Source: Moniliella sp. 'wahieum' (Eukaryota). From it: 64,000 nucleotides of DNA. The notes below the pieces were generated by a model. That model did not search any database. It saw only the letters and a program-made list of their open reading frames with translations, and was not told the origin of the DNA. This document shows positions 25,442-38,594 of the stretch, piece after piece. The DNA is taken from positions 620,001 to 684,000 of the forward strand of contig RSEE01000008.1 of the NCBI GenBank assembly GCA_003971905.1. The letters run 5' to 3'. The position numbers were made by a program, and so were the translations under genes. Every line of letters begins with the position of its first letter. Position 1 is the stretch's first letter.

Positions 25442-26111
25442 AGCAACCGTTCTTGGCGCTCGCACGGAATTAATTGAACGTTGACGCATTGAAGGTTGTG
25501 GGGAGAAGAGCGGGGTAGTCGCGGTGGCCGAAGAGGACTGGGTACTGGGTACTGATGTGGCGCTGATGCGGCAACATAGCGGGTAACTGGTAACCGGCAA
25601 TGTTAATGAAGACTCGATGACGTATGTTGCCATAGGGGACGTGTGTGCATGGCGAGGGAACAATACTGTCCGTGTGCTTCGTCCTGTACTACCTACCACC
25701 TTGGGCACCAACAGGCACTTATTGACTGTTGCCAGCTCGTAAATGGAAGACACTGTGTGACTGGTGCGGATGTGGGGGCGGGGGCAAGAGCTCCGGGTGT
25801 GGACTGCTGCGGGCTCGTCTCTAGCTTCAAGCTTTGCCGGTGAGGCCTAAGGCGAGGGGTCGCCTACTGCACCATTAGTTGCAGTAGTATGCATCACACG
25901 CACATCACAAATGCCGCAGCAGTCGCGAGAGGGGGATCAACGTTCAACGTTTAACACCCGCAATTGGTGGTGCATTTGTGCGTTTGTGAGGGATGCCAGG
26001 GATACGATCGATCGGATACCGACCCTACGGGGGTCGCGCTGCCAAGGCCGGAGATAGTAGTCGGCCAGTTGGTGGCAATGCTGTACTTACCAGAGGTGGG
26101 GCTTGCTAGGA

Positions 26112-26162
26112 CCTGCGTTCCTGTGCACGTTCCTGCGTTCCTGTGCACGTTCCTGCGTTCCT
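26112..26162. repeat. 20-bp tandem repeat (CCTGCGTTCCTGTGCACGTT) x2.5
   Basis: Read directly. A 10-bp GGCCAAGGAA x3 repeat follows at about 26288-26316. Confidence 0.85.
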
Positions 26163-28265
26163 ATGCCGGTTCCTTTGCCTTAATAGTTTGGCAGGTGCTG
26201 TTCTACTGCTGCACCTTTTATTTTTGTTCATAGCACAAGGCCACACGGCCAGTGCAATGGGACAATGTGGGTGAGAGCAGCGACTGGGGCCAAGGAAGGC
26301 CAAGGAAGGCCAAGGACCAAGTGGCAGAGCGGAGCGGCGGTATGTCCATTTGTAGTAGTAGGAGCTTCCACCTGCTCTCTGCAGCTCGAAGAATCGCGCT
26401 GCTGAAAGCGTCACGCGTCACGCGCCATGCGTCATGCGTCGCTTCTGCCACTTTGGATCAAGGTGGCGATCGGCTGCTGCAGCGCAGCGGAGTGACTAGT
26501 GACTAATGACTAGTCAGTGAAACTAGTGACTACCATTCGCGCGTGTTCGTTCACGCGTCACGCTCAGCGGTGAGGCTCACCGGCCACCCCGCTCACCGGC
26601 AATTATCGGCACCGAGTTCATCTTGTTCATGCGTCACAAGTCACACCTCACCTAGGTCCATCACTTTTTTTTCTTTTTTCGTTTGTCGACCATTGATCGA
26701 TCCATGGCCATGCCTTCCAATGCGGGGTGCGCAAGGCGCAAGAGTATGAAGTGGAAGCAGTTGGAGGGGCGAGAGCTCTGGAGACTATTTCGGGGAACAT
26801 TGCACCGTTCCACATTTCTTCGCCCATCGATCATCGTACTCATCGATCATCGATCATCAGTACTCAGTACGTGCCCACTACCCACGCACTCACGTACTCC
26901 CATAAAGACCGTGCCATGCTGTGCGTGTGATGCACTTGCATGGCATGGTTGCACTGGGTGGCGCAGCCGGGGGGCTGTGTGGGATGGTACTGCAATGAGA
27001 ATGAATAAGCCATACACTCTTGCGTACTGCGTAGCCCCCCCTTTGGTACGTAAACCATCCAGGTTTTAGATTTTATTGCCTCCTCCCCAAATCCACTGCG
27101 GGGGTGCGGGGATATCTCAGGTTGCTGGCCGCATGGGACGGCTGTCGACTTCCCATCCCTGCCCTTGCCGCAGCAGCCGCGTTTTTTTTTTGCACGCAAT
27201 GCCGTGTGTCAGTGATGTCATCGATCGTCGGCATGGTTCCTCGCTCCCGGGGTCCAGTTGCATTGCTGTGTGTGACAAGCAGACAGCGTGGGGCTCCACC
27301 GGCCTGAACGCTTACACTTGCCGTCCGCCGGAGACACAGCGGCGCCTCCGTTGTACCGCTCGGGCGCCTCGCGCGGCCCGCATACCGCCGGCAGCAGCCG
27401 CTGGAGGGACTGCGAGAGCATCCCAAACGGAGCATGCAGGTGGGATGCTGCGTAGCGAGTACCCAGTATTACTGGCTCAGTACTCAGTACGTGCGCACAC
27501 GCTTTAGCGCTACGAGTGGGGGCTATTGGGCGATGCTGGCGCCCTGCTCTTCGCGCTCCCGGCCTAGCGCGTGCCACGTTTCACCCGTCTGATATCACAC
27601 GCCGGAAGCCGCACCTGCCGCACCATGCACCATGATGCATGCATGATGCATCTCCATCACCTCCCATCTGCAGTCGCGCGTGCGCTTGATGCGTGACGTC
27701 GCCGCGACACCCAAGTGGAAGAGACACGGTGGCGATGTGGATGTTGGGCAGGTGCTGCTGCGTGGCGCCTGGCTGGCAACGAGCCGGCGCTTCCTCGCAT
27801 ACTTCTCCCAACGCGCCCAGCGCGGCGGCGCAGCGCGGCATTAATGGACTCGCTACGTACTGCTTCCTCCCCCGGATTTCTGGCACAAACCAAAGCCGCC
27901 TCGAGCCAGACAGTCGCACTGGATCGGTGTCGACGTTGACCGGTGACCCCCCTGCCTGATGCACCCGAAGCTCCCCGCTTCTGGTGGGGCACTGGCGCCG
28001 TCTGCCGATGACCGGTGGTGATCGATGTGCACCGGCTCTCTGCTCGGCTGCGGTTCTGCGGTCCAGGCTCGGCCCCGCAGAGCAGCAGCCTGCAGCAGCC
28101 CTTCCCCCCTGCGTTCCTGCTGTTCCTGCCGTTCCGCCCGGCAGGCTGGCACATTTTCACTCTCCTGCCCTACCCCCCCAGATTGCATATATACCCGCGC
28201 ATTCGCCCCCCGCTCTTTTCCCCACACACCCCCACAACCACAACTTCCCCTCTCCCTCTACCAAC

Positions 28266-30000
28266 ATGTGGACCAGCACTGCTGGCCTTTCCGGCCGCCA
28301 GCTTCAACTGGCCATTACAGTCACCGCCGTCATGGTTTCTCCCTATTCGGCTACGATCAGGGTCTCATGTCTGGCATCGTGAACGGCGACGCGTTCACTA
28401 AAGAGTTCCATGCTCTCTACACGCTTCCGGTCGATGCGAACGCCCCGCCAGACCCTTATGTCACGGCGTACAATAAGCATGTCTCCGTTCTCCAAGGCGC
28501 CGTGACGGCCTCCTACGAGATCGGGTGTATCATTGGGGCAGTTTTCGTCCTTCTCTACGGTGAGAAGTTTGGTCGTACCCGCAGTATGGTTTCCGGCGGT
28601 CTCATCATCATCATGGGCACTATCATTTCCTGTTCTTCGTTTAAGCACTCCTGGGGCCTCGGTCAATTTGTTACCGGTCGTGTCATTACCGGTGTGGGCA
28701 ACGGGATGAACACGGCGACCATTCCTGTCTGGCAATCGGAGTTGTCGGCGGCGCACAACCGTGGCTTCCTGGTCTGCTTTGAGGGCGCCATCATTGCCGT
28801 TGGCACGTTTGTTGCATACTGGGTTGACTTTGGCATGTCCTACGCCACCAACTCGTCGCAGTGGCGTTTCCCTGTTTCGCTCCAGATCCTCTTTGCCGGT
28901 CTCACCTCGATCGGTGCCTTGCTCCTGCCCGAGTCGCCGCGTTGGTTTATCAGCAAGGGCCTCGACGATGAGGCTTTGTATGTCATGAGCCGCCTGCAAG
29001 GCGTTGATGCACCTGACGAGAAGGCCATGCACGACTTCGAGATTATGAAGGCCGACCATCGGGCCAAGGACAGCGCCAAGTCGGCTTGGTCCCAACTGTT
29101 CCAGTTTGGAAAGGGCCAGGAATTCCAACGCATGATGGTGGGCGCTTCTGGTCAGTTCTACCAGCAATTCACGGGCTGCAACGCTGCGATTTACTACTCG
29201 ACCATTCTCTTCCAGAAAGACCTGAAGCTGAAGGGCAAGCTTCCTCTGATTATCGGTGGCGTGTTTGCGACGGTGTACGCACTTGCCACCATTCCCTCGT
29301 TTTGGATGGTGGAGCACATCGGCCGTCGCAAGCTCTTCATTATTGGTTACGCTGGGCAGGGTCTGAGCTTATTATCACGTTGGGTTGCTTGGCCGGTACT
29401 CATGGAAGCAGCGACCGGGAGACACCTAAGGGTGCGGTTGGTCTCTTCCTTTTCATTATCTTCTTTGCCTTTACTCTTCTCCCTCTGCCCTGGATCTACC
29501 CTCCTGAGATTAACCCGGCCCGTACACGTACTGCCGGTGCCTCGGTCGCGACCTGCACCAACTGGGTTACCAACTTCGCGGTCGTTATGTTCACTCCTGT
29601 CTTTTCCGATGCCACCACCTGGGGTGGAATTTACCTCTTCTTCGCCCTGATGAACTTTACTGCCATCCCGATTGCCTACTTCTTTTACCCCGAAACTGCC
29701 GGCCGGACCCTGGAGGAGATTGACATTATCTACGCGAAGGCCCACGTCGAGGGCAAGTGGGCGTTCCAAGTGGCTAACGAGATGCCCAAGCTGGACCACG
29801 AGGAGATTCTGCGCCTCCAGACCGAGTACGGCCTGGGCAACTCAGGCTCCCCTGCCTACTCGGACACCAACTCTGACCGCCTTGAACGTGACATGGCCAA
29901 GGACTCCCCCACTCAACTTGAGGACCGCGACGAGTTGGGCGAGAAGACTGCGCCTACACGTTTGAATGACACGGACGCTGACGCGCGCGTCTCTCCTTGA
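28266..30000 (+). CDS. STL1: MFS sugar porter, STL1-like glycerol/H+ symporter subfamily
   Basis: MWTSTAGLSGRQLQLAITVTAVM(G)FSLFGYDQGLMSGI, GRVITGVGNGMNTATIPVWQSE, WRFP, LPESPRW, QQFTGCNAAIYYS, LPWIYPPEINP, YPETAGRTLEEID. No intron needed; two frameshifts (about 28335 and 29365). TATA-like element near 28188. Confidence 0.88.
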
Positions 30001-30636
30001 AGATTCCCCCTCCCCTTCCCCTAGATATTCCGTGCGGATTTGACGTTCTTGTCAATTGATGATACACCTGCTCTTTTGCATTTTACACACTGTCTATACA
30101 CATTCCAGTAGTAATTCCACACGGTATATCGTTCTCGCTGCTCGCCCCACTCCGGTGAACCCGTCCCTTTACGCGGAACTGTGCCCATTGTACATCGGAA
30201 ACTTATGTTGTGTCGCCAATACTGCTCTACATTCAGTTGATTGAAGACTATATACCAATTGATGGTCCACCATGCAGAGTATCACCGCACCAATGAACCA
30301 GCACACCTGTAGTAAGCCCCACACGCCCAGGCGACTCCAAAGATGCTCCAAAAGGGGTTCCGACTGACGGTTAGGTGCTGAGTATGGCGGCCACCGGTTT
30401 TTGCCCTCTGGAAGAAAACGCTGCAGTGTAGAGTTCGATACGTTTTTGGTCGCATGTGGAACATTACCGCGGTAGCGCTAAGCAGGAAGGGGGGAGGACA
30501 TCCTTGCGTGTGGAAAATGCCAGAGGACATGATACCGGATGTGCCTTTTTAAAGTGCATTAATTTTGCCACTACTGTGTGCCTCCGTCAGTATACTCAGC
30601 ACTCTCCGACGAGCAAGTCTAAAGGAGAGGGTAGCC

Positions 30637-31648
30637 TGTCACGGGGCGGGCCCCGCCAGGGGTCTCGCCCGGGGTTTGGGGGGCACCATCCCTTAGGAGA
30701 CGGTAGGTCGACTCACGGTAGTTTCGGGCTTGGGCTAGTTGGTGGATCCGAGCGGAGCTAGGGGGACAAGGAGAGACCTTGGGTGGGGCGGGCTCGTGTG
30801 GCAAGGCTGCGTCGGCACCGGCTTGGGCCGTAGTAACGTGTCTGAAGCCTCCGGGACTTAGGGACGGGAGGAGGCAGAGGGGGACAAACACTGCCTCAAC
30901 TAAGACTGGATAGTGACTGGAAATCGACGCGGCCAGAGGAGGGCTCGCGCGACTGGACTGACGGATTGCTGGAGGACGAGGCCGGAGGAGGAGTAGGACG
31001 CTAACAAGAGGAGGCTGCCCCAGTGTACTGGATCAATCGGCTGGAAAACGGGTAGGAGTCGGACAGGATAGACTTGAAAGGACGAGAGAGTTGATGTCAC
31101 AGTCGGGGCTAAGGCGAGGGAGACCAGAATCGGACTAGGCCAAGGGGTGTAGCAATCGTTCGTGGGGAAGAAGCAAGAACAGAGGACAAGGTGCGAAGTG
31201 GAAGAACCAGGGAAGGAGCAAGACGCTCGAGACGAAGAAATTGGAAATGGGAGCGAGATCAGCCAAACTATATGACAGTTGACGAGAATGGAGGGTGGGG
31301 GAAAGGATCCCATCGACCAGGGGTACAGGCAAGATCAAAAGGGAAACGGATACAAGGGGGGGTGTAGAAAGGAAGACACGTCAAAAGCGGAGTTGGTCGC
31401 CGCAGGCGCGACCGAGAATGGAAACGGAAACGGGGACGGGGCGACAGTCGTCGCAACGACACTGGAAGCTCGGTGGCCTTATTTAGGTCAGCGGACTTGG
31501 ACTTGGCCGGGGGGGGGGGGCACTATTGTCGCGCGGATGCATGGCCCTTCGGGCCACGGTACCATCATCACACTTGGTTGGCCTGCGGAGCACGCTCTCC
31601 TGTGAGCATGTGAGGAATAGGCGGGCCTTTCCACCGCAGCCCGTAACA
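30637..31648. mobile_element. Solo LTR (about 820 bp excluding the nested insertion)
   Basis: Termini TGTCACGGG...CCCGTAACA (8/9 inverted match, TG..CA). Flanked by 5-bp TAGCC (30632-30636) and TAGTC (31649-31653), a one-mismatch TSD. Confidence 0.7.
31095..31277. mobile_element. 183-bp solo LTR / TRIM-like element, copy 1 (nested in the larger LTR)
   Basis: TGTCA...TGACA termini, perfect 5-bp TSD GTTGA (31090-31094 and 31278-31282). Homologous in inverted orientation to 52630..52812. Confidence 0.88.
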
Positions 31649-32947
31649 TAGTCGGTCGATAGGTCACACAGAGGGGAGCGAGATTACCGGTTACGCAGTT
31701 ACGAGTGAAGCGAAGAGCGGAGCGGTGGTGGTGACACAGCGGACACCAACTGCAGAGACGGAGGACGGGAAAGGCTGGCGCGCGCACAACGCGCGCTATA
31801 TGGGATGAACTGGCCTAGTATTAGCGCCCCTGAGCCATGGCACCGGCCTTTACTTCGGCAAGCAATCATATATCACCCCCATGTCACAACACCAATAGTC
31901 GTTAGCCTACTGTAGCTCGTCCCAGGACCGCCCAGCCAGGCCAGGGGCCACAACCGGGATTGCGTAGGGAAAACCCATTTCCTGTCACCACATTGGTTTT
32001 CCCGGCCGGCGACAGGTACCCTGCCGGCCGCGACGGGCCAGGGCGCCCCCCCGCCAGCAGTCGCCCTTTGAACCTTCCCACAAACATGCCTGCCCCCAAA
32101 CCGATGCCATAGGGACGGCCACCTGCAGAAGCTCGTGCTCAGGGCGCTCAGGTCGCAGGGGTACGTTGATGGGTGGCCGCAGCGAGTATGCATCACGTGG
32201 AGAGGGGAGGGGGGACGAAGCTGAAGTCGAGGAAGCAGAACCGATTATCCGACACGGTCGAATTGTCGATTGGCAGTTACTCGTTACTAATAGTTACTAG
32301 TTACTGCTACTAGTCAGTACCACTAATACGTAGTCCACAATAAAAACAGAGCATATCTTGCAGCGCCCTTTTTGGCGTTGCTCTGTGGCCAGGGGTGTTC
32401 TATAGCGGCATAGAATTACGTGCGGAAGAGCGAGGATGGCCATGTGCTGTGGTGTAGAATGTGCCAAGGGCCGCAACATAGAGGCTCCCGTACTCCTAGG
32501 TGGCACAATATGTCTGCACGCGCACCAGCTCCATGTGCAACCGATGGCCGCCACGCGTCACGGCGTCACGCCGAAAGTTGCTGGCGCGATTCGATTGATG
32601 GGAGGGAGCGAGCAGCGACGGGGCCAGGGGGGGGCGCTCTGGGCGCTCTGGCTGGAATGGTGACGATGTGACGCGTGACGCATGATGTATGATATGATGC
32701 ATGGTTTGCAACAGGCGAGGGGTGACTGATGTCATGGTGTTTCAGTGGGTGACATTTTTATCGCTCCTTCAGCAGCTTCAGCGCTCAGCCGCGTCGCAGA
32801 CTAGGAGTACGAGGTGGTAGAGTGTGCTACGGTCGATTGCACTGTATTCAAGGCACTACGCCTCCGCGTAAAACCTAGTCAGACCGAAGCTGGTTGACGT
32901 GTGTGGCATTTGCAGTTTGTCCTCTCCTCCCTACCACCTGCTCCCCA

Positions 32948-34125
32948 ATGGTCTTCCACCTCCCGGCCGCTTTCCCCCCCGAGGGCGTTTCGCTCACCGT
33001 CCCCAAGTCCGACAGCTACACCACCCAGCTCAATCTCGTTCCCCAGCCGCCAATACGCGCAGCGGTGGCATCCACGCCTTCCGCCTCGACGCCTGGCCAA
33101 CCTGTCCATCCCACGTTGGGATGAGTCTGATGCGCCTCCCGCCTACCACCCGACATCATACTCGCCCACCCCTCCTTCAACAGCCACCGAACAACTGGCC
33201 AAAGTCAACAACGACAAACAGTCTCCCGCCACCTGCCCTCTCGCGTTTTGTCTAGCACCCAGCCCCTTGCCCTCTCACAACCCGTCCCCCGCACTCCCCT
33301 CCCGATCGGGTCTCTTGGGTAAATTGACTGGGTCCAGGAAGACGACATCGTCATCTAGCTTGCCATGGTGTGCTTCGAGTTGATCTCCGAGGAGCAGTAC
33401 GAGCCGTTGGCCACCATCCAAGAAACGGGACCCAACACGTACATGATTCACGTCACGTCACCTCCATTGGGGGAGAAAAGGTGGCCGAACCAGGGAAGCA
33501 CGTTGCGCGGATCAATAGGCACTTTCGTGATCACAAGCTGGTTGTCTCCACGCCTTGGGGCGAATGGGCGTGGCAAGGATTGTTGAAAGCAACTGTTCCT
33601 TGAACCCGTTCATCCAGATGAGAATGGTGATCGGCCTCGCTATGCGTTTGTAACTTTGGTACGTCTGCTTTTCCGGGTGGATTGGCTTTTCGGTTGTTCC
33701 GTAGGGAATCGACGAGGTCGTTACGTTCGGCGCGACTAACCTATATGATGTTATCCACCAATTCTCGGTGCTGAACAGCGATGAACGTGGTGCCCCGGTT
33801 GGAGGTGATCAGCAAATGTCCGGATGTGGTTCTTGCGCTGGCCAGTCTCTATCCCCTCCTCCACATTCGCAGGGAGGAATACGATACCAAGTTCACCAGC
33901 GAAATCCAGGAAGCCCAGATCAATAGCGTAACACGTGCTCGCCGTTGGGAAACTACCTTGTCCGCGCATTTCCCGGGCAATCCGTCTAAGGGAAAAGCCC
34001 CACTAGAGCATGCTCGCCCGCCCAGCACGACAGAACCCCAAGGCGCCCCTCCCATTTCCTCCATCGGCTTGGATCCTGCCGACCATCAATGCCCGCCCCC
34101 TGGCTATTCTCCTCACTCTGCTTGA
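32948..34125 (+). CDS. Hypothetical protein
   Basis: Consecutive + ORFs from MVFHLPAAFPPEG (32948) through 33365..33586 and 33781..34125. Intron-like GTACGT...CAG near 33659-33778. No family recognised. Confidence 0.4.
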
Positions 34126-34719
34126 GCCGATCACGAGTCAGCGTGGATTGGACGGGGCATACCTTATCAAATGTGCATGTGGTTCCTCTTTTTCTCTTTA
34201 GGCGAAGAAGCATTCCTTCATTTTCGGACTTTTGCATAGACGTTGTGTGTGGGCTGCAGGTGACACGGGCTGGGTCGTTCCACCTGCACAAGCATCGCCC
34301 GTAGTGCAATGCAGCCCTGGGCTCTGTAAGTATGATACACAGCATATACTCCATCCTCCCTCCAATATGAACCACATGGACGCACGTTTAGTCTCAATCT
34401 ACAGGCAAGTGGGCAGAAAGACAGCTACGAAGAGCAGCTGATTCCACTGTAGGGAAGAGATGTCGGCAAGACCCACAACATGTGGTAACACCACACGTAT
34501 GGGGAGAGCATCCAGCAAACACTCTGTCAGTTATACCGGTAGGATTTTGGTTGAGGCAACCCCCTGTACACCGTCCGCACGGTCGGCTCGGTATGAATAC
34601 CACGGGATGAAAGCTACTAACAAATGAACGACTACCCCTAACTTCACCGCCTCGTATGCCCATCGTATTCATTGTGCATCGCATCGTACTGGTAGACATG
34701 ATCGTAGAGACGAACGTGC

Positions 34720-37700
34720 CTAGAACTCTTCGAAATGTGGAGGGCAGCGTAGCGTGTCCCATCGCGCCCAGTACGCCGCCCAGGGGGTGAACTCCACCTC
34801 ACGCAACAGCGAGACGACGTCAGTCTCGCCACTCCGCAATAAGGCTTGAAGGGCGATGCCTGGGCAGGAGCGTTTTCGAGCTGCTATGGCTGCTAGAATG
34901 CCAAATGTGCGCTCCGACGAGTTGCGAGGGAAAAAAGTGCGGTATTCGTCCCAGATCGCGTCAAACTTGTCCGTGTCCTGCAAAAGGAGTGCTTTGTGGT
35001 ATAGGGCTTGCGTCCTAGCCTCCTTCTCGGCATGTGCACTTTGCTTCTCCGAAGGCGATCCCAGCTTCTGCCGCAGTGCAACTAGATCCACTCTGTCCAA
35101 AATGGCGTTGGCTGCAAGCAGGGTCTCCTTCCGGTCCTTGCACCCCACAGCGGTATTCAGACGAGCCACAAGCACCGCCAGTTGGTCAGGGAATTCGGCC
35201 TTCAAGGTATCAAGAAGGGCCAGACGGGCATGCACATCCTCGATTTTTTGAGCGGCATGCAGAAGCACAGTCAACGGGTCCGAACCGCGTTTCTTCCCAG
35301 GTACAACGTAGCGGACTGGCACCTTGCCATGCCCCAACGAAAGTGTGCCTGCTAGCACGTCCCCGGGTGCCGAGGCTGCACGCGTATCGAGAAGAAGTAC
35401 CTTCCGTTCCTGGGGGAGTAAAGTGTATCCCAACCGAGCCGGCCGTCCAGGACCTAGGAGTTGGATATGGTCCTCGTACAAGTCGATCTGGACTGTGCCC
35501 TTGAAGGCACAGCGGGCAGTCAACAGGGCTTGCTTGAGAGTATTGAGTACCGCTACATCCTCATGTAGCATCTGAGCACGGATAGTGTATACTCCTTTTT
35601 CCAACGTAGCAGGACGAGGGTACACATCCCCAAAGAGCAGCGCGCCTGTGGCTGTCATATACTTGCAGAAGCAATGGCAGAGGAGCATCGTACATATGCC
35701 CCTGGTGGGGAGGCTGAACCGCATCGTAGACTTCTCCCGGACGCGGAGGGTGTATGTGAGCACAAGCTCAAACAATGGATGGCCATTGGGAAGGAGGTCA
35801 CGCCGAGGAAGTGCACGGAGCGTACTCCCCTCAGGACGAAGGAATTGTAACCGGGTGTCTAGCTGGATCCTGGGGTTCAGCGTTTCGGGGCGAAAAGATG
35901 ATACACACTCGATCTTACTAACCTCACCCGCGACCAGGGTGAGGTCCGAAGGAAAGACCTGAATCCCGTGAAACTCCAGGGTGAGTTCATAGGAGAAGCT
36001 TTGAGGTGATAGGAAGTACTCAGCCAGGGCAAGTTCGAGCGTCATCCCACCGCGGACAGGGAAGGTGCGCGTAGAGAGCTCTCCTTCGACAGAGGATAGC
36101 ACAGGTGCCGTTTCCACATGGTGGAGCCGCTCATGGGGGAGAAGTTGCAAAAGGTGAATCCAGACACGCGCGTTCGTTCTGCTGAATGGTTGGCTGTGCG
36201 TAGACTAAGTGAGGCCCAGGTGGCACCCTCGGGAACCTCCAGGAAGCGGCGCATCACCTTGCCTTGGGACAAGGGCCCGTATAGCGCATCATCGGCTCGC
36301 ATCGCTCGGACTTGGTAACAGTAACAGGGATGGTGAACAATTTGAGGCCGGTAGTGGAATCATAGGCATCGATCTGGCAATGATGCAGTCCAACAGGAAG
36401 AGAGGTAGGGTCGACACGGACCTCAAACGTGCGTCCGCTGGACCCAAGAAAGACGTGCTCTGGAGCTCGTACATACGTGGCCGAGGGAAGAAAGGTAACG
36501 GGAAATTGGAAAGAGTAACTCTCCTCTGTCTTGTGGGCAGGAAATACGGGGCGAACAGAAACTTGGAATGCGCTGAGACGGGATGTCTCCATAGGTTCGC
36601 GCAAGTAGATGCCGCGTTTGTTGGTGCTTTTGTTCTTGCTGTCCTTGCCTGGCGGGGTGATGGTAAGTTGGAACTCAACATCTTGGGATGGATGATCCTT
36701 CCACTTGGTGAGATGATCCCAAGCGTCGGCGATTTGAAGAAAAGGGACAGAGAGGTCATCCTGCACATCCTTCCCGGTCTGCTGTATGCCCTAAAAACGC
36801 GCCAAGGCGAGATAGGAATACCACGCTGCTTCATCCCAGAGACTAGGAGCGCAATAGCTCCTGCCACATGTGGGGCGGACATTGAAGTCCCATTGAGCAA
36901 CATGCTTTGGGATAGAGTGTATTGGCAAACCGACGTGATTGCTGCACCAGGAGCAAGGATATGGACGCCTGCCGCTCCGTTCGCCGCTGGTCCACGTGAA
37001 GACCAAGTGGTAACGTTGCCTGGTGCCGCGTCAAGCGGTGCGTATTCCGCCTTCTGCATTGAGCCTGGGGTGACGTAGGCACCCACAGAGAGTATGCCCG
37101 TTGTGGTTCCCCCCGGCTGCCCGATTGTGGAGAGCGCGGGACCGTTGTTGCCTGCCGAGGCAATAAAGAGAAGGTTGTGGTCCCGGATTAGCGGCTGGAT
37201 CGCGGTCACAAAAGCGCCGGCGTCCTCTACGCCAAACGCCCCATCTTCCCCAAAAGAGAGGTTTGCCACGTCCACTTGAGCGTCAAGGAGAGCCCGTGCA
37301 GCGCGTAAAAGCGCTTGACCAGTCTCCATGGTCCCCACACGCGGATCACCAATTCGAAGCGAAACAATTTCACAATTGGGTGCGAGCCCATCTTGCTCGG
37401 TGCCAAAGCTGGCTCCAACAATACCTGCGACGTGCGTCCCATGGCTGCCGGACACGGTGACGATACTGAGCGTAGGCGTGGAACCGGGATGATCAAGAAG
37501 GATGTTGACCGAGTAGGAGAGGTGATCCATATGACCAAAGAAACGCCATTGGTGTTCAATACGGAAATCGGTCAAGCCGCGGCCGTAGGATAGGTCCACA
37601 GGCTGCTGCGCGCCCAGGTCGGCCTCAAGGCTGTACGACGGCAAACCCAAGGAAGCGTCATAGGGATCCCCCTCGCCACCTCCGACGAGAGCGCGAAATG

Positions 37701-38305
37701 CTCCCATCATGATACACCACTGCCTCGATAATTGGGCCAGGGTCGTCGTACTGGGCCCAGAGCGCGTCCAGCACCTCCAATCGAGCCTGAAGTTCGTCCT
37801 TTGGCCCATTGGCTGCATCGAGCTTCCTGCGGGCGTCGGCTACCAAACGCGCATGCTCGACGCGGAAGGCCTCTTTGCGTTGAGCAGAAATGCGCTGGAC
37901 CAGATTCGCTGGCCAAAACTCATATGCACGTTTGGCGCCGGCGTACCACACCCCTGAGGGATTGATGAGCGGCGCTAGCTGCAGCCGTCGACGTGTGACA
38001 GGAGAACATAGGGTGTGGTCACAAATGTGCTGCTCACATCCACAAGATGCACGTCACCCGCACCTGCTCCAGTTAGCCGCCGTACACCGAGACGAAGGGG
38101 GACATACCAGAACAGTCGATCGCATCCACCACCTTGCCTGGACCATCAAGCCCAGCAGCAGCAACGTCAACCCCCGTGTCGAGGATGGCGACGCGCACCT
38201 TGGCCATCAATGTGGGGGTGTCCCGCACAAAAGCCCTGGCCTGGGTAGGCGTAGTAGGCATCAGGCCATCCAGAGGGAACGGCGGCAGTGGAGGGGGGTC
38301 GCCAT
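34720..38305 (-). CDS. TPP2: Tripeptidyl peptidase II (subtilase S8)
   Basis: FPLDGLMP, VRVAILDTGVD (Asp), GSHGTHVAGI (His), ASAGNNGPALSTIGQPGG, TWSSRGP, LLNGTSMSAPHVAG (Ser), TPPII-like RRFLEVPEGATW and GDVYP. Intron near 37978-38107 and several frameshifts. Confidence 0.93.
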
Positions 38306-38507
38306 GGGAGGTGGTGGTGTTGGTGCGCGTGAACCAGGGAGGGATGCCTAGGCTGATTAATTGATTGGCGGAGCAGGTGAATCAGAGTTATCAACGTTAA
38401 TCGATCAGCTGCCACGGAGTAACTTATCGATTGGGGCTGCTGCTGAAATGTCGTATTCTGACTGATCTTGGTGAGAGAGAAGTCGACTAATTTTGCCCAA
38501 AAAGTGA

Positions 38508-38594
38508 TGCTTCAAAGGGGAATCGAACCCCTGTCACATCGATACGACACTGGCGTGATGGCAACGATGTAGTATACCACTAACCCATTGAAGC
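38508..38594 (-). tRNA. tRNA-Gly (GCC) with 16-nt canonical intron
   Basis: Minus strand: GCTTCAA TG GGTTAGTGGTATACT A CATCG TTGCCA[tcacgccagtgtcgta]T CGATG TGAC AGGGG TTCGATT CCCCT TTGAAGC A. Acceptor, anticodon and T stems pair. Intron 38543..38558. A T5 Pol III terminator lies just downstream. Confidence 0.93.

Noticed and set aside
28343..29799. Long antisense ORFs over STL1 (similar ones over TPP2, the oxidase and FMP27)
   Set aside because: Expected shadow ORFs from GC-rich codon usage of the sense genes.
30619..31787. Several short ORFs on both strands
   Set aside because: They fall mostly inside the nested solo LTRs and show no gag/pol motifs.
6928..38305. Calling the frameshifted enzymes pseudogenes
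   Set aside because: Catalytic residues are intact and the lesions are indel-type across all genes, consistent with sequencing error.
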